Counted from the whole stretch's first letter, positions 37,395 to 52,377 are shown. The stretch: DNA of 58,946 bases, filler included, from Sphacelaria rigidula (GCA_964200075.2; 5 parts of 5 records of this genome joined end to end with filler, not necessarily neighbours in it); one strand, 5' to 3'. The notes: generated from the letters alone by a model not told the origin. A program made the numbers and translations.

Positions 37395-40300
37395 TCACTT
37401 GGAAACCCCACCGCCGCCACCACCACTCGTACTGCGTTGCCATCCTCCAATCACAGCAGACGCCGCAGCCATCGCCGTCTTTCCAGCCGTGGCCGCCGCG
37501 GCCAGGGCCATTGACGATGCCGCACGCGGAGTCGCAGTCGCGAACGATAACCTGGACACGGGCGCCGCCCGTCCTTCTGTCTGTGCCTGTGCCTCTGTCG
37601 CCGCAGATCCACGGCCTCCGTTAGCGAGAGACGACGGCGGCGGCGGTGATTTTGCAGCAGCTACCGGTACATGAACCGACCTCATCCGCGGGGCTGACAG
37701 CGGACGACTGTGCTCGCCAGAGCGGGGGCTACGTGTAGAGGTACTGTTGGTCTGACCGTCGATGTTGGCGCCGTTGACGGTCAACCGGTCAGCCCCAGTG
37801 TCGGGGGTGTTGTCGGTGTGGGATTTGGCGGCGGTCATAGTGGCGGGTGTGCTGGATGGAGTGTGAGCGTCTGTTGGCATGAACGGTCGCGGGGATCCCT
37901 TCGGTGGCCCATGCCCGTTCGTCACGGCAGTCTTTTCCTCGACTGCATCTGCCTTACCCTCGGGTGGATCATGAACTCGGCCTTTAGTACCGTTGGACTC
38001 GCTGACATGCAACTCTCCCCCACCGACATCGTCACCACTAACAACAGCCCACTCCTCCCCGCTGATGGAGGATCTCCCATCTTCTCCCCCGTCGACCGCT
38101 GCCGCCTCTCCACCTTCCGAGGTAGCAGCCTTGCCTTGCCCAACCCCATTCGAATTTGCGCCAACGGCAGCCATGCTTGGGGTATTTGAACCCGCGGATA
38201 TTACCGGGTGTTTGCGGGGCCGGCCTCGGCCTCTGGGTAGCCCGGTATGAGGGTCGATCGTAGGAGTCTTCTTTGGCTTATTGAACCGCCCAGGCCCTCG
38301 TGTTCGTGCGGATATTTTTCTCTTGTTTTTTGTCGTTGGTGCATCAGATGCTTCGGAGTATGCATCGGAATGATCGGAGACCTTGTCATTGTCTTCTCTA
38401 TCGGAGGAAGGGGAGGAAGATGAAGACGAAGATGACTGGTGTCCGTCCAGTTCTTCACGGTAGTCGTCTCTGGAGGGGAAAAAAATACAACAAGGAGGAG
38501 CTATGAATGTGTGGATTTTTCGTCGAGCAGAAAAAAAGTCACACCATGAGGAGGATAAAGGGTAAAAGGGGCGTAAGCGAGCCAACGCCGAAAAAAAGCC
38601 CTAAGCTCTTCGCGTGTGAGGTGAGTGCTCACATGGCCATATTAAAAACCGGGCATAACCGTGGCATGACTATACGAGCTGGGCCAGCCGAGAAGCGAAT
38701 TTGTAATATGCAGGCCAATTGTACGGCCAATATTTAGAGTTGGAACTTCAATTTCGGTGTGGACAATTAATGGGACAGCATGGAAACAAATTCCAGTGCT
38801 CACAAGTTTTTTTCCTTCTTTCTTCCATGAGTTGGGAGCATTTCACCGATACCTGAAAACTGATTATTGCCCTAAACTCATGCAAAAAAACCCGTGTATG
38901 GCACTGGTATTCGTCTTTAGTATGCCCTGTCCATTGTCCGAGCCAAATTTCAGGGTCCAACTCTAAATATTGGCTGTACAATGGGCCGTTCAGTGACGGG
39001 GTCATAAGAAATTCGGAACAGTATTTTGCAGGCCACTTACCGGCCCACGTTTGGTGTTTGTGATTGAAAATTTGTGTGGGCCGTGGCTAGACACAATGAA
39101 GAAAACAAAGTGGGTGAGGTAGATTTTTTTTTTTGTTCATTGGTTTAGGGCGTTCTAGTCTCGTGAAGACCACTTTTTCCGCGGGAAAGCCTGAATCCAA
39201 ACAAAATGAAGGTCCTCTTTTTTTTTCTGGCATACCTCTGTGGTTCTTTATCCTGAGCGTTGAATCACAGTTCGAAAAATTGATAAAAGGCCCAAGAGCA
39301 GAATCGATTTCTACTCAGAACTGCCCCAAAAATCCAAAAAAATGGATAAAAGCTGTTTTTTCCAAGCTTGATTGTGCACTAGCGGTTATCCATACGAAAT
39401 TTCGTAGCATAACTCTCAAAAACTGAGACGCGATATCCAGATTTAGTTCATCTAGTGCCTCTGCTCTTAATATACTGATTTTAGTGTAAAACTTGTGTGC
39501 GCCATACCTCGAGAGAGATTACGAATTAGGTGAAGGCGAGGGTATCTATCGTCTCCCCGTACTCCAGGGAATGCCCACTTCAAAATTCGTCGTCATCCGC
39601 TGAATGCACCGATCGGGGGGTTTCATAGAGATTTTAGTATGGACACCATCTCCCTTAGGTATAGGAATTACTATTATAGACATGGGGTTTAGTCAACGAG
39701 AAAATACTGGCCCAAACGTTTGAGCAGATGGGCACATTCCCCTTGATTGGACGATCAATACGATTTGCGGATCATGGCCTAACTCGCCCGTGTCGAAGAG
39801 GTATTGCTTTGAGAGCTTAAATTCGTGTCTAGGCTGGCCCAGCTACTAATAGTGTTGAAATCACGAAAAGACTCGGGCCATTACGTCGCGTCACGCAAAA
39901 ACGTGGAAACCGGTGGACATCAAGTAAATTACCCCGAAACGGAACATGAACCCCCTAAATGGAACATGATCATGCTCCATCGTAACGCAACCAGTGAGTC
40001 GATGCGTCTCTTGAGAGAGGGCAACGCTTTCCCCCGAAACGGCACTTATCTCACTGACAACAGGGGGTTTATTATGACGACCCGGTTCGACGAATCTACC
40101 TCTGTCCGCCGGAAATACACATGTTTGGCTTTGCCGAAAAACAGGACACTTGAGGCTACATCTTGCGGTGATTGCATTTTGTTGTGCAGATTTTCAAGTT
40201 GGGAACATCAAATCATCGTGTTTGACCCCCCCGAACACGAGATACCGCCATCATGTGTCTTGGACGCTATGCGTCACCCAAGAGAAGAAGGTAGATCCTT

Positions 40301-43300
40301 GGTCTACTTATCCGATTCGTTACGCTCCCAGGTTTCGAAAGGGGCAACTTAACAACAAAATCTCGTTTTGGATAAGTGTTCAGAGGATGTGGAATCATTG
40401 CAAGCATAAGTATCGGCAGGGAGGGGTATATCGACAAATACAGCAGAAGGTGAGCCATTTCCCCCCTGCCATACTTACAGTTATGACCGTGAATGGGACC
40501 CGATTTTGGGCACTATATACCGGGAAAATGGACAGACCAACTCCACAGTCAGTTGAATGCAGAAGAAATGAAACCTAAATGAGCCAATCAGTATTAATCA
40601 CAAGTACACATGTCACTCGGAATGACGACGGTGCTCATACAGAATGTACTATTGCTAAAGTACATTCTACAACACACCCAAGACTGACGTTGCTGTACAC
40701 CCGGACACAGGGTTACAACAACAGGAGGATAGAAGCTGCTCGTGTTGTTGTTGTGCCCTTCTTGTTGCAGTATGTTGCTGTCCTTATCTTTCAACGCTAC
40801 TTTCTCGGCAACGACGCAGAGGATTGGACTGCGGTTTGATGCGTGCGCTTCCCATACACCAGAACTAGTGAATTTGAAATGGTTTCCTGCAACCTTCTGG
40901 AGCTTTTCGGATCCGCTGTGGCGATTTAGCAACTCCGCTTGTCGAACTTACCACGTTTAGTGTGTGTGCGGGGAGCTGTGAACTTCCAGAGGCTGGTTCG
41001 TTTCCTGTCTCGACATAGTAGCGATGAAACATTCACGGCTGTGGCATACTAAACCTAGGTAACTTGGGATGGAGCGTGTGTTATGTTCGGCAGAGGTTCG
41101 GCACAGGCCCGACCAGTCTATGACGTCTTTAATACGTCTTCGATATCCGTCCGCATTCATCTTACTTTTTGTGAGCAACAGATTTTTTATCGGTAAGGCC
41201 TTCATTCACGGCCATAACAGTAGTACAACTTCATTTCTACTTTCCGTTTGCGATTGAAAGCGATTAGTTCAGGTGCTTCGGTCACCACAACCGATCACGG
41301 TTTCAGTTTGATCCCAAACCTGGGGAATCAAGAGGCACACGTACCCGGAAATGTAACAAAAAATACAATATACGACCTTTCTTTTCGAACGAGATACGGG
41401 CTCACCGATCGTTGGGGGTCCTACGAGTGCAGAGCGCCCGTTTCTTGCACTTCGATATTTTCGCTCGACCGAACCGATCTGGATCGTCATCATGAACAAC
41501 TTTATAGTTACGCTGTTTTATTTTCTCTATAGTCACTGCGCCACAGCCAAAAAACGTGTTTGATCATATACGGTGACCGTGCACCCACTCGATAATCAGG
41601 GGTTTTCTCCACAGCTTTCCCACCACACAACCGAGACATGTGTCTCGAGTACCACTTGCTTCTTTTTCCAACACCTACCGATTTTTCAACGTTCGGGAGC
41701 AGGTGACAGGAGACAAATAATCCCGGAGTAAACCCCCCTCGAGTATGAAAAAGCTCAGGACCCATACATGAGAAATTATTGTAGTGAATTAATTGTTCGC
41801 GCGAAGCGCGATTATGGCTGAGCGTTCAAAATCGGCACCCAACCAAGCATTAGGATCCGTCTAAAATCAGGCGAAGAACTAAAACATGGGACGCGTTCTG
41901 TTTCGATGTACTGCAGCACAAACACACTCGCATCCTCTCCCATGCGCCGTAGCTATCACCGTACTTAGACCTTGAGAAGACGGTTTGGTCTCCGCATGGG
42001 TTGCCTGAGCTGCTGTATTCTCGTAGTGTTCGTCTCCAGAAAATAATTTCAGTCGGGGCGCAGTGCCATCTACACACTGGCTGTTGAAAACTTCATGGTG
42101 TGTTGGTAATTTCGTCTTCCGTAAAACGAATAAGGTGCTGCCCAGACCCATCATCTGCGCGATACCAGACACTGCTGGGTACAGACACAAACGGCGCCGG
42201 TACACACCGCTCGACCGGCTAAGCCAGACCCCGTGCTCCGGTGAATGAGCAACCCGCAGCACAACACGGGTATACCACACCGTCAGGGTACCGATTGCAT
42301 GCGGCTGCATGGTGGCCGCTGCTGCTGGCGCGCATGAGGGCGTGCGGCCACGGAAAGACGCAACCAAATATACCAAGATGGGAATATACCGATACACGAG
42401 CATCGCATTGAACCCTGTAGCGGCAATGTACCACTCACTGTCCGCTTGTGTGCTTGCTGTTTCATTTCTCTGATGCTGCTCTGTCCTCCCGGCAGGACGG
42501 TCCATTCATATACCGTCTGTAGTACGTACACTGTAGGTGTGAATCAAGTCTGCGAGCCAATCACAAGCACTTTTCACCAAGTGATTCACTACGAAGATCG
42601 CATTTCATCGGCGCTAAATTCCGCCGATCCCTTACTGAAGGGCCTCTGATTCGTTTGAGTTTTCCATTTCACTATGAAAATCTATCCTCATTGGACGTTG
42701 TGCCGAAAAAAAAGTTTCACGCTGTACTACTGTATAACCCTCCCGAGTCCTCGGGACGCGTCCGCGTAGTCTCGAGGAAATCAATTTAAACGCGCTCACC
42801 CCCCCCTGTACTCACGCATGATGATGAGTACACCCCTCTCCCCCTCCCCCTTCAGGATTACACCCCCCACCCCCCAGTACCACTAAACCAGTGTAATGCG
42901 CGGGAGGACGGCATCGGGATTTGGACATCCCCAAGGTTGGGGTTAGGGTTAGGGTTGGAGTTGGGGTCAAGGGCATGGTCCCTGCAGGGACTGACCCGAT
43001 TGGTTTTGAAAAACGTCGATCCCTGTTCGTGTAATTACTACGTTTTAGTATAAAATTGTGCCCCCCCAAAACCACCGGAAAACTCGGGAACGCTGTACTG
43101 AGTGCAGGTAATATCATATAACCTAGTTTCGACCGCCCTGCACATGGAAACCTGGGAAGACCTATCTGGGCCAGGGATAGGGTCCCCACACGATCTTTAC
43201 AGTGGCATCACACTCGCCAACAATCCCCGCGCTGATCGTTCGGGTCTGGTCCATAAATTTCACCTGGCCGTGATTGGGCAGGTCGCTCGAAGACTTATTT

Positions 43301-46097
43301 TTCATTACTCCACCAACACAGGGTGAACCTTGTGTTAGTGAGGAGTCGGTCCCAAACGGGTTAACGGGACTTGCTTTACTTCGAGTGGGGTCCGGTAGTC
43401 TTGTTCTTCCTCAAGGGCAACATTGTCTCTTGACACTTTACCGCGTGAAACAAGAAGTAGAAGAAGTACGTGAGGATTTGATGGTACGATGAAAAAGAAA
43501 CAGCACCAGGGCTTCCCACGTGGTCCCCCACCGTAGTACTAGCCTGGCCCGACGCCGCAAGAAGAGCGGACGGGATGTGGTACTATCGACGTGGTATATT
43601 GATTTGATCATTATCCAGCCTGTTCCGAATGAAAAGAAACATATTTCACATAAAGAGCGCAGGGTATCACAAACCTCAGGTGAATATCTGTTCTTCTTCA
43701 CATTCCCCTCTACATATACGAACATCAACTCGAGTGGCGAGAACACTATCGTCATCTTCCACGTTTTGAGGCTCACCCGAACAGAGAATCGTTTAGCTTG
43801 ACGTAGTCCACCCTGTTGCGCTTCCTCCTTCCTCTCACGATGTTGGAGCTGTCGAGTGCACCGTCTCCGGCCAGAGCAGCTTGTACCTTTTTCCTGAAGA
43901 AAAAGGGAGAAGTCGTGAACAAAAAAAAAAAAACAAGATAAAAAAGCAAGAGAGGAGAAAATAGTGAAGGGACCACGATAACACATGGGACAAGACTTAA
44001 AACACAAAACAAGATGGCTCTGCACATTGAAGCTAAGCTAAAATGTCAATCATGCTCGGGGGAAAGTTTTGACAGGTTCACATCTTTCATTTTTTTTTCT
44101 AATCCATCAGAGTTCTTGCTGCAAATGTCGTACCTTCATGGACACACACACATTGCGGCACGTATCGGAACTGCTTTTTTGCCACAGCCGCCAAAGGTGA
44201 ATATCCGGCTTTCGATAACTTAGGAACCGAAGTCAACGAACGTTCTGAAAATACTGCTTTTTAGGGCTGATCCTCGGTGGAAAATGGCGCAGCATGTCCG
44301 CGCGGGATAGACGGATGATGATACTCTCAGAACCACCCCTTGACGGCGACATATTGAGCCTACGTTTCAATCCACTTCCTACAAGTCAACACGTCCCGAA
44401 AAACTCCTTGGGCGCCCATTCCCGCATCTGAGACACACGAATGTGCCCGTCGTTTTCGAAGGTACACATACTGATCTCAACAGATCGACACACTGGGGCG
44501 GTGGAAGGGTCACGCACCTCGAAAGGTCGCCAGGGCTATCTACCACGGTATTATGGATAGTACTATTAATACCAAGTCGACCCGCAAGGCTTTCCCCTTC
44601 CCCCAGTGCGCGCGCTCTGTTCATCCATCCTCATCCACGTTTCACCCCGTTCCATGGGACGAGGATAATCATGTGCAAATTGGAAAATGTCCAAGTATGT
44701 GTAAAATACCCCACCCAACAATCTCTCGAATAATTCTGTACTGTAAGACTAAAACTGACCTTGTTTTTATTACCGCAGTAGGGTGGAAACACAGGTCGCT
44801 ACGTGTTGCGAAGAAAAGAACTCGTCACCTCATCCTCCTTCTCCGCCTTCTTCTGGGGGCGAGCCCCTCGTTTCAACAGGATCAACCTATCGCTCCCCCC
44901 GATAGATGCCTCCCACATCTATACCGAGCATCGGATTTAGTCCGCGGTCTCTCGTCGACCAAAACTGAATTCTTGCCCGCACTAAAACGAGCCATACTCT
45001 AGACAATCTATGGTCAACAGATGCATTAGACAAAAAAATGTACTCAAGTATTTTAGGTGACAAAAGTTGCAATGGGCCAATACTTAATCCAGGACATTTT
45101 TCGTCTATTGTCTAGTGCATCTGTTGACCATACATTGTCGACAAGAGTTCCAATAAGCCTATTCTCAACCCAGTATAGTTTTGTCTATTGCATCCGTTGA
45201 CGATATAATGCCATTGTCCAAGATGTGGAACGAACAAAACCTGGCAGCCGTCACCGTTCCCAAAGGCCACCAACCTCTCTTGCCGTTCCACCATCGCTAG
45301 CTTTCCGGCGGCCGATAATCCCAACTGTGCAGCCCGTCGCTTGCGTCTGACGCTTAATCGGCTTTTTCGGTCCTCCCCCAACCCAAGAGAAAACGCTTCC
45401 GGAATCTCAGCCTGGGGGACGGGGGACAGATGCGTCTTGATATCAGAAACGACTCCCGTGGTTCAAAGCTGAAAACACGTTTGTGAAAGTAAATAAAGGT
45501 AACCTCGGGGAATACCGTCCACTATGGGAAGGTGATTTTTGCAAGTATTGCACACGCTGGGCGACAGATTATACTGGCGAAAACATTTTACTGCGCACAG
45601 TATGGATTTTTTTGTCGATTGCAAAAGACGTAATAGTCGAAACTGTGCGCAGTACACTTTGTGACAAAGTCATTTTCTGTCCAGGTTGTGACGTATCGTA
45701 CCAATTCGTCTTCCTTCATCTCGTGGCATGACACCGGAGACCAGAATAGTGACCTTGATAGCCACAACGACCCCTTACCGCGTGTTTTACGAAGCACGAA
45801 CCCGAGGATGGCTAGAAGAAATAAGATCGCAGAGTGTACGTACGTGAACAATAGTCTTCGCCGCCGTTTCCCCCCTACCTAGCTCAGGAGTGACCAAAAA
45901 ATTATAATTTGACGACGAAAATACTCGAGACGATTCTTCGACGCCACAAAAAAAAAAAAAAACAGCCGACAAACACCAAACCCCACCCACAAAACAAAAA
46001 CATAACACATACCCATAAGCAAAAANNNNNNNNNNCCCACAACAAAAAAAAAAAAAAAAAAAAAAATAAAAAATAAACAAAAAAAAAAAAAAAAAAA

Positions 46098-46128
<31 letters not shown>

Positions 46129-46746
46129 CGGCCGACGACTACAAAACGCAATCAAGAGAAGAAAAATATACATATTTCCTTCACGTACATATGGCACAAA
46201 GTGCTCAGACACATTTGCATCGTTCATGCCCCTGACCCATCATCATCGCTACAATGAGGAAGCATTCAGATCATGATCACTACGACAAGAAAAAAAGTTG
46301 GATCATGACTACTCCCACCACAATCATTAGCACCACCTTATCACCACACGCAGTAGGAGAAATATTGTTCACACCTCATTACTCCCATCCTCCTCATCGT
46401 CATCCTGGGCAAAGTCTCCCAAATCTCCGGCCTCCATCTTCAACTTCTCCAGCTCATCGGACCCCACGCTTTCGGCATCACAGTTGAAGTTGAAATCGTC
46501 TTGGTCACTTCCTTCGCTTTCCTCCTCTTGCTCAATTTCTCCCGCGTTATCGTCTGGTGAGCACCGATTCCTGCTCACGCCTCCACTCCCACTAGCACCA
46601 TCATCACCGCCATTTTCAGCAGTCGTTTTTTGGTTCCGTTCCGAGGAAGGTTCCACGGATCGTTTCCAAAAATCTTCTTCACCTTCGCCAGGAATGTCAT
46701 CCATGCCCTGCCGCGCGTCTGGATCTTCCGACTCGCTGCTGCTTGC
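37395..46746 (-). CDS. C-terminal part of an acidic, low-complexity nuclear protein with an AT-hook; RRKRNRVDYVKL resembles plant PHD-finger HAT3.1/PRH-type proteins
   Basis: complement(join(37395-38469, 43777-43893, 45275-45411, 46375-46746)), phase-consistent GT-AG junctions (..SNE|AEIP..ERQER|KKVQAALAGDGALDSSNIVRGRRKRNRVDYVKLNDSLFG|DDYREE..). AT-hook PRGRGRPRKHP. The N-terminus is off the contig, so no PHD domain is seen. Confidence 0.75.
42892..43040 (-). mobile_element. Second, diverged copy of the telomere-hexamer MITE
   Basis: Starts TGTAATGCG; contains GGGTTAGGGTTAGGGTT and CTGCAGGGACTGACCCGATTGGTTTTG.AAAACGTCGATCC, the reverse complement of about 30870-30910. Confidence 0.75.
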
Positions 46747-46992
46747 CTGAAAAGAACCAGATGTTTGTTTTCCGGATCTGTATCGTCAATCTTCATTGTC
46801 AGCTACAACAGTCACAAAAACAGCAAGCCTCCCGTATCAATTACTATTGCCAAATGATCACTCCTTACGAGAGTGAATAAGCATCCCGGGATGCACACCA
46901 GGCGTTGAAATTGAGTCGAGAAGAGTTGCGATGCATCACAATATCGATGAATGATTGATATATAAAATGTAAATGCCCTAAAATCCAATACA

Positions 46993-46993
46993 T

Positions 46994-47025
<32 letters not shown>

Positions 47026-47138
47026 GTCCCATTTATTTTGGGCGCCAGTCTACCCCTTTCGGGATGTGTAGGCGCATTAGCCGGGGTCACACAGGAGGAA
47101 GGTCAACACAGGAGCTGTTTCTTTTTTATTTGTTTTTA
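46993..47138 (-). mobile_element. Family B tail with (TG)n at the contig end
   Basis: Matches 19726-19864. Confidence 0.8.
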
Positions 47139-47238
47139 NNNNNNNNNNNNNNNNNNNNNNNNNNNNNNNNNNNNNNNNNNNNTTAATTAATTAANNNNNN
47201 NNNNNNNNNNNNNNNNNNNNNNNNNNNNNNNNNNNNNN
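47139..47238. other. Artificial contig spacer
   Basis: N44-TTAATTAATTAA-N44. Confidence 0.97.
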
Positions 47239-50200
47239 GTGCGTGCATATTGGGGCGAAAATATGTCGGATTCTGTTCCGTTTTTTTTTTCCTTCTTTCG
47301 GCGTAAGGCTGATTATAACTGGCCACTATCATTATAATGGTCATCATGGTAATTGTTGTATAAAAAATTGGATAATGGTTTCAGACCATTATGTACCGTT
47401 ACCGGCTACGCATGCTACACATAGCCCTTTAAAATTGGCCCAAGTTTAACGTATTTTTTCGAACTCCAGTGAAGCCAAATCGCGTAGAAACGTGACTCCG
47501 GCATGGGGCCTTCAGCGGAGCCCCCTCTGCTGGGGGGGGCTCTTTTTGGCTCCCGGCTGCGCCGCTCGATGACCAAACTATAATATATCATTTAATTGGC
47601 TTTGACCGTGCAGTCCATTGCGTGCCGTCAGTATATGTGCCGCATGCCTTCGTTGGATACAACGGCAAGAAGCAAGCAGTCAGCGTGCCATCGCTCTCCA
47701 CTGAACAGAATTTACTTCATAGTGCTGATGTCTCTGCTTAGTGCTCCATACCAACACTACAGTGTGAAGCTATGCTGGCAACACAAAGAGGGGTCAGTCT
47801 GGCGGCAAAGATCACGAGCAGAGCAACCGACACATTATTTGTGCTCATGTTATCCATGGTTGAATCGTCTCTACCAAAATGAGAAATACGGGTGGACAGC
47901 GAAGTGTTCTACCTGTTGTCCACCTGTAGGGGGACAAAGTGACCATTTTTGTAGCCATGGTCGATCAGAATGCCTACCACGCCGTGCCAGGCTTATAATT
48001 TCCCGTGGGAACTTTCAAACACAAATGATTGACTTGATAAGCTTTTCAGCTGTATTGCGAACAGGCCCTTACCCCACAGTCAAAAGCCGCCCCCCTCCTG
48101 CTCCTGAAAACCCCCGGATGTCCCTGGACTGTCAGGTTGTGAAACTGTTTCGAGGCGACGCTTCCTGTCTAATGGTTATTACACAACATGTATCGTGACG
48201 GTGGAATGCACGACAAAGTTAGCACTGTGCGCATCGATCCGGCAGTACTGTATTGACTGTACGACGCGAACCATGCCTCGGCAGGGCTAGAATACCCGCG
48301 ATCCATCCGCGAAAGTTGCAAATCGCATTCTGTGCCATTCTGAGACCAATTGAAACTCTTGAATAAACTAACTTCATGAAAGGTTCACAAGGTGAAGGTC
48401 GTAGAAAGCGCAAGACATTCACGCGGAAGCCCTGTCTACTACATTTCATAGTTGATTTTGATGAAACAAAGAAGACGAGACCCCGCCCCCATCGTCAGTC
48501 TGTCGTGATATCGGGTTTTGCATCCTTCCCGCACAGCTTCACATTGGCCTTTCGCATTTTCTTCGACTTTGCTGTGCAGCGGAGTCTTGCGCGAGAAGGC
48601 GTATCAACCCGAAGGACAGCAACCTCACACATATGCAAGCCTGAGTGGTGATTGTTATCGGTGTTCCTGAAAGCGTCGACCGACAAGTGGACCGACCGAA
48701 ACGACTACGCTGGCAACTTCTGCCGCTGGCTCCGCGCCGATTTGATATCGTTCCCATTATGATTGTTATTATGAAGAAAAAAATGTCCGGACAGGAGTCC
48801 CAGCATGATACATAATCATCCTTTCAATCCACGCAGCGCGCAAAGCGCCTTGGGTCAGCGGTACTGCTGCTTCAACACCTACCTGCGGCTTCAAGTTGCA
48901 CATACGTGGAGTTTTAGCATCGTAGGACGCCCGGTGCGCTGTGGGCGCCTAACCTTCCAGATTACCGGGTCCATATTATCGAAAAGGAAAAAAGCTGGTT
49001 AACGCCATGCTTGAAATCCATGTGAATGGCCGTTCAAGCTACCCAGTTTTGAGGCCAACATCCCTGACAGACACTTCACGAGTGGGGTACTACTGACTTG
49101 GGCATTTTATCAGGGAACCGCGCAGACTTGCTACTGTTTTGAGTATCAAGAACATAAGAAGGGGAGTGAAATCGTGATGATGAGAATGATTGTGACGGTT
49201 GTCGTTTTTTTCACGTCATGTCGTACCTGTTTGGTTAGGAACTGATGCTCTACAATAGTCGACCTCAAAATAATTTTCATGAAGATTATTTACTTTCAAA
49301 CCATTTCGTATGAGAAGGAACGAACAATCCGGTGAGAATGCGAAGGGGCACGTAAAGTGGTTGCCACGTGTACGCGTTTTGGCCAACGACCATGAGGACC
49401 ACACACTCGAGGTGCACAGGTCCGAAAGAGAGACTCGCACAGCTGTACCTCCCAGCACCTTGCCGCGTGAGCAAACATGGACCCATCGGCGGGTAGTATG
49501 GGCAAGGATTCCCAGCCGGGTGGCAATCACGCGCACGGTGCATCGGCATTGTCCCAAGCCGAAGCGTGAAGCGTCTCACGCACAAGCAAGAGAAGCAGCA
49601 GCAGTAGCAGCAGCAGTATCGGCACCGGCTGTTTCAGCCGCTCCCCAAGCGTACACAGCTGGTGGTAAAAAGCAGCCCCCTAGGAAGCTCACGCAGCTAG
49701 TGGTGCTGCAACAGCTTCATCAACGGCAGCGTCATTACACGCAACTGCTGTAAATGGCTACTGTACGAGTAGAGTGCGACAAACGCTGTCGACCCCCGCG
49801 CAAGACGGGCTACCCCTCCGCAGACACAATTTAATCGAGCGTAGGTGACGAATGCAATGCGCAGCAATGGCATAGGCTATCACTCCTGCTTACCCCCTAC
49901 GGCGACGGCTGGCAACAACGCGATTGGGGGCACAAGCCGCCAGCAACCGCTGCACATAACCTGGTGCGGACCCGGTGTCGGATGGCACAGCTCTTCACAT
50001 ACATACTGTACTGTAATGCACGCTTGTTTTTGGCCATCATTCCTCAACGCACGTCGTTGTTGCCCTGGCTTCGAGCTGGTAGACGCGTCTGTGGGTGATG
50101 GGGTTAGAGGCAGATGGGCATGTGACCCTCGTGTGCCGTGCGGTGCGATGCTGTGCTGCGTTGCGTGTGCTACCACTGTACTGTCCTGCTGTAGTACTGC

Positions 50201-52329
50201 CTCTGACCGGTGAGTTATGCATGAAATGAAGGCACTCTCTCGAGACTCACGCACCTGCGTGCTTGGTTTTGATTGTGTGCGTCATTATCTCAATTGACGA
50301 CCAGCCAGTAGATTGCGCTTTTGGTCGTTCGTGAGAGTGGGGCCCAAAAGGTCAAGGCACTTGGCGCCTCGGAGAAGAAGTAATTTCGTGACGTTCGGTA
50401 CCCTCCACTAACAACCACCTCCCACAGGCCTATTTGGTCGTTCTGAGGTTACGGTGTCTAGAGGGCTGGTACCATGTACACCGTTGCCATGGTACCGCCG
50501 TGATTAGGATGCTGCCTAGTCCCGTGAGTTTTGCGTAACACTACAACTGCATCATCTGGTCGGCAAGCGTGTCGGCGATCGCGACCCGCTTGGAAGTCGA
50601 CCGGTTCGGAGATGAAATCTGGAACCATGGGTTTAAAATATGGGCAATTATGCTACACTTTCACCCACATTAGGTTCTCAAATTTCGTTGTCTCCAACTG
50701 GCTTCAGAGAAAGAAGCGCGTCAACCTCGCGTGAACTAGACTTTATTTTTTCCGCTGCCTTGGTGACCTTGTTTGCTCGCACAAGAACTATCTGTATTTC
50801 ACCCTCGTTGGGGGAGTGATGTGATTCGAGAGGAAAATATCATTAGATGTACGATCGAGAGCCTTGGTCGAAAGTTCGAAAGGATACCCTTTTGGTCAGT
50901 TTTCACAGATGGTGCCTTTTGGGCGCAGCACGGATTAAGGGGCCCTGCCAACTGCAGGTCAGGAGTCCCCCCCCCCCTCCCTCCCCCACCTGACCTGCAC
51001 CGTCTCGAAAGGGATGCGTGGTCACTGGTCAAACGACTAATGCAAGCAACAAATTGAGTACGCCCCCCCACCTGACCTGGCTGTCGAGAATGAAGAAAAA
51101 CGAGGGCAGACGCTCTTTCTTCCTCTTGGCTCGCCAGCACACGCACTTGACAACGTCGTCAGCACCCTGGGATCGCCTGTGCGTGAGCAGCTCAAAATCG
51201 AGGAGCTGTGGTGCCGCCCTTACGTTGAGGGGTGTACTCATGATCTTGCATGCCGTAGTCATATCATGTCACGGCATTTTACGTCACTTACGATCGTTAT
51301 TATGCACGGTATCCAGGGGTTACTCTCACCTGGAAACTGAGTTACACCCCCATTTACCCTTCCCTTTCCCCGTTCCCTCAACCTCGCCCATAATTAGCTT
51401 TAGCTACATTTGACGGCTGCGGCTCCTGGCCTGTGGTTGATAGAGTCCCTTGCACGAATGCGTGATCTCCATCGCGTCCGAGGCGGGAGGGAATGCCTCT
51501 CTGTACAGAAAAAATGAGCATAATACGGCTGGGGCTGGACATGAGGCTGCTGATTTTTTGCGTGGTGTTGACCGCTGGAGAAGATGTTGGAGCAGAGTCA
51601 CAGTGGGTATCGTCAGGAGGACCCCTAGCCGCAGTAGAGGTACACGCAGAGATCCTGTCAAAAAGTCCACAACGCTGTGTGTGAAAGGAAGCCGAAATAT
51701 GTGGGGGTGGCAAGCAGCAAACAATTTATGTAGCGCACTAATTTTCGGCCTCAGCTACACGGGACCACTGGTATTATTGATGACGTTCCTGTGGGTTCGG
51801 GAGACGGGCGTGAAGCCGGGGGCGAATTGTGGGCGAACCTGAAGATTTCCTATACTTCCCGCTGACGTCTACTGTACCGATTTTCACCGCACTGAAATCA
51901 CTGTGCATGCGGTATAGTACAGAGTGCAGCTCGATAGTAGACAGAACAGTGCGGTACAGAAGAGGGGAATGCATACGCCACAGTACAGTACGCTACTGTA
52001 ACTGTAGCTTACTTTGTCGCACTTTTTAACCCCCCCCCCCTCCTCAGTACGAATGCGTGGTCTCTAGGGATCAACGCATCTCTCCCTAGCTACACACTTC
52101 CTTACATTATATGTCGGGGCGGCGAATTGGATCATGACTATCAACACTCCCGCACCGCGTCGGCTCCCGTCAGATGGACTACTTTTGCTACGCATATCCT
52201 CACGGTTTGACCGGCGAACATCAGATACGTGTCATGATAAAAGACAAACGCACCTCTCGAAAATCAAAGCCGCATTGTTCCGATTTATTGGCTCCAGTTC
52301 TGCCGCGGGACATGTGGGGTGCGGTGGCA

Positions 52330-52346
52330 TTATCATTATTGTCATT

Positions 52347-52375
<29 letters not shown>
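52330..52375. repeat. (ATT)n microsatellite
   Basis: Direct run. Confidence 0.85.

Positions 52376-52377
<2 letters not shown>

Noticed and set aside
39430..41830. Possible decayed transposon or nested gene in the large intron (similarly 35640-36900)
   Set aside because: Only short broken ORFs, with no identifiable motif or termini.
44829..44886. Extra candidate exons of the AT-hook gene (also about 45844-45878)
   Set aside because: The flanking exons join in phase without them, and these acceptors lack good pyrimidine tracts. Alternative use cannot be excluded without RNA data.
45945..46130. Extreme poly-A tract around a 10-N gap
   Set aside because: Looks like low-quality read sequence beside a gap.
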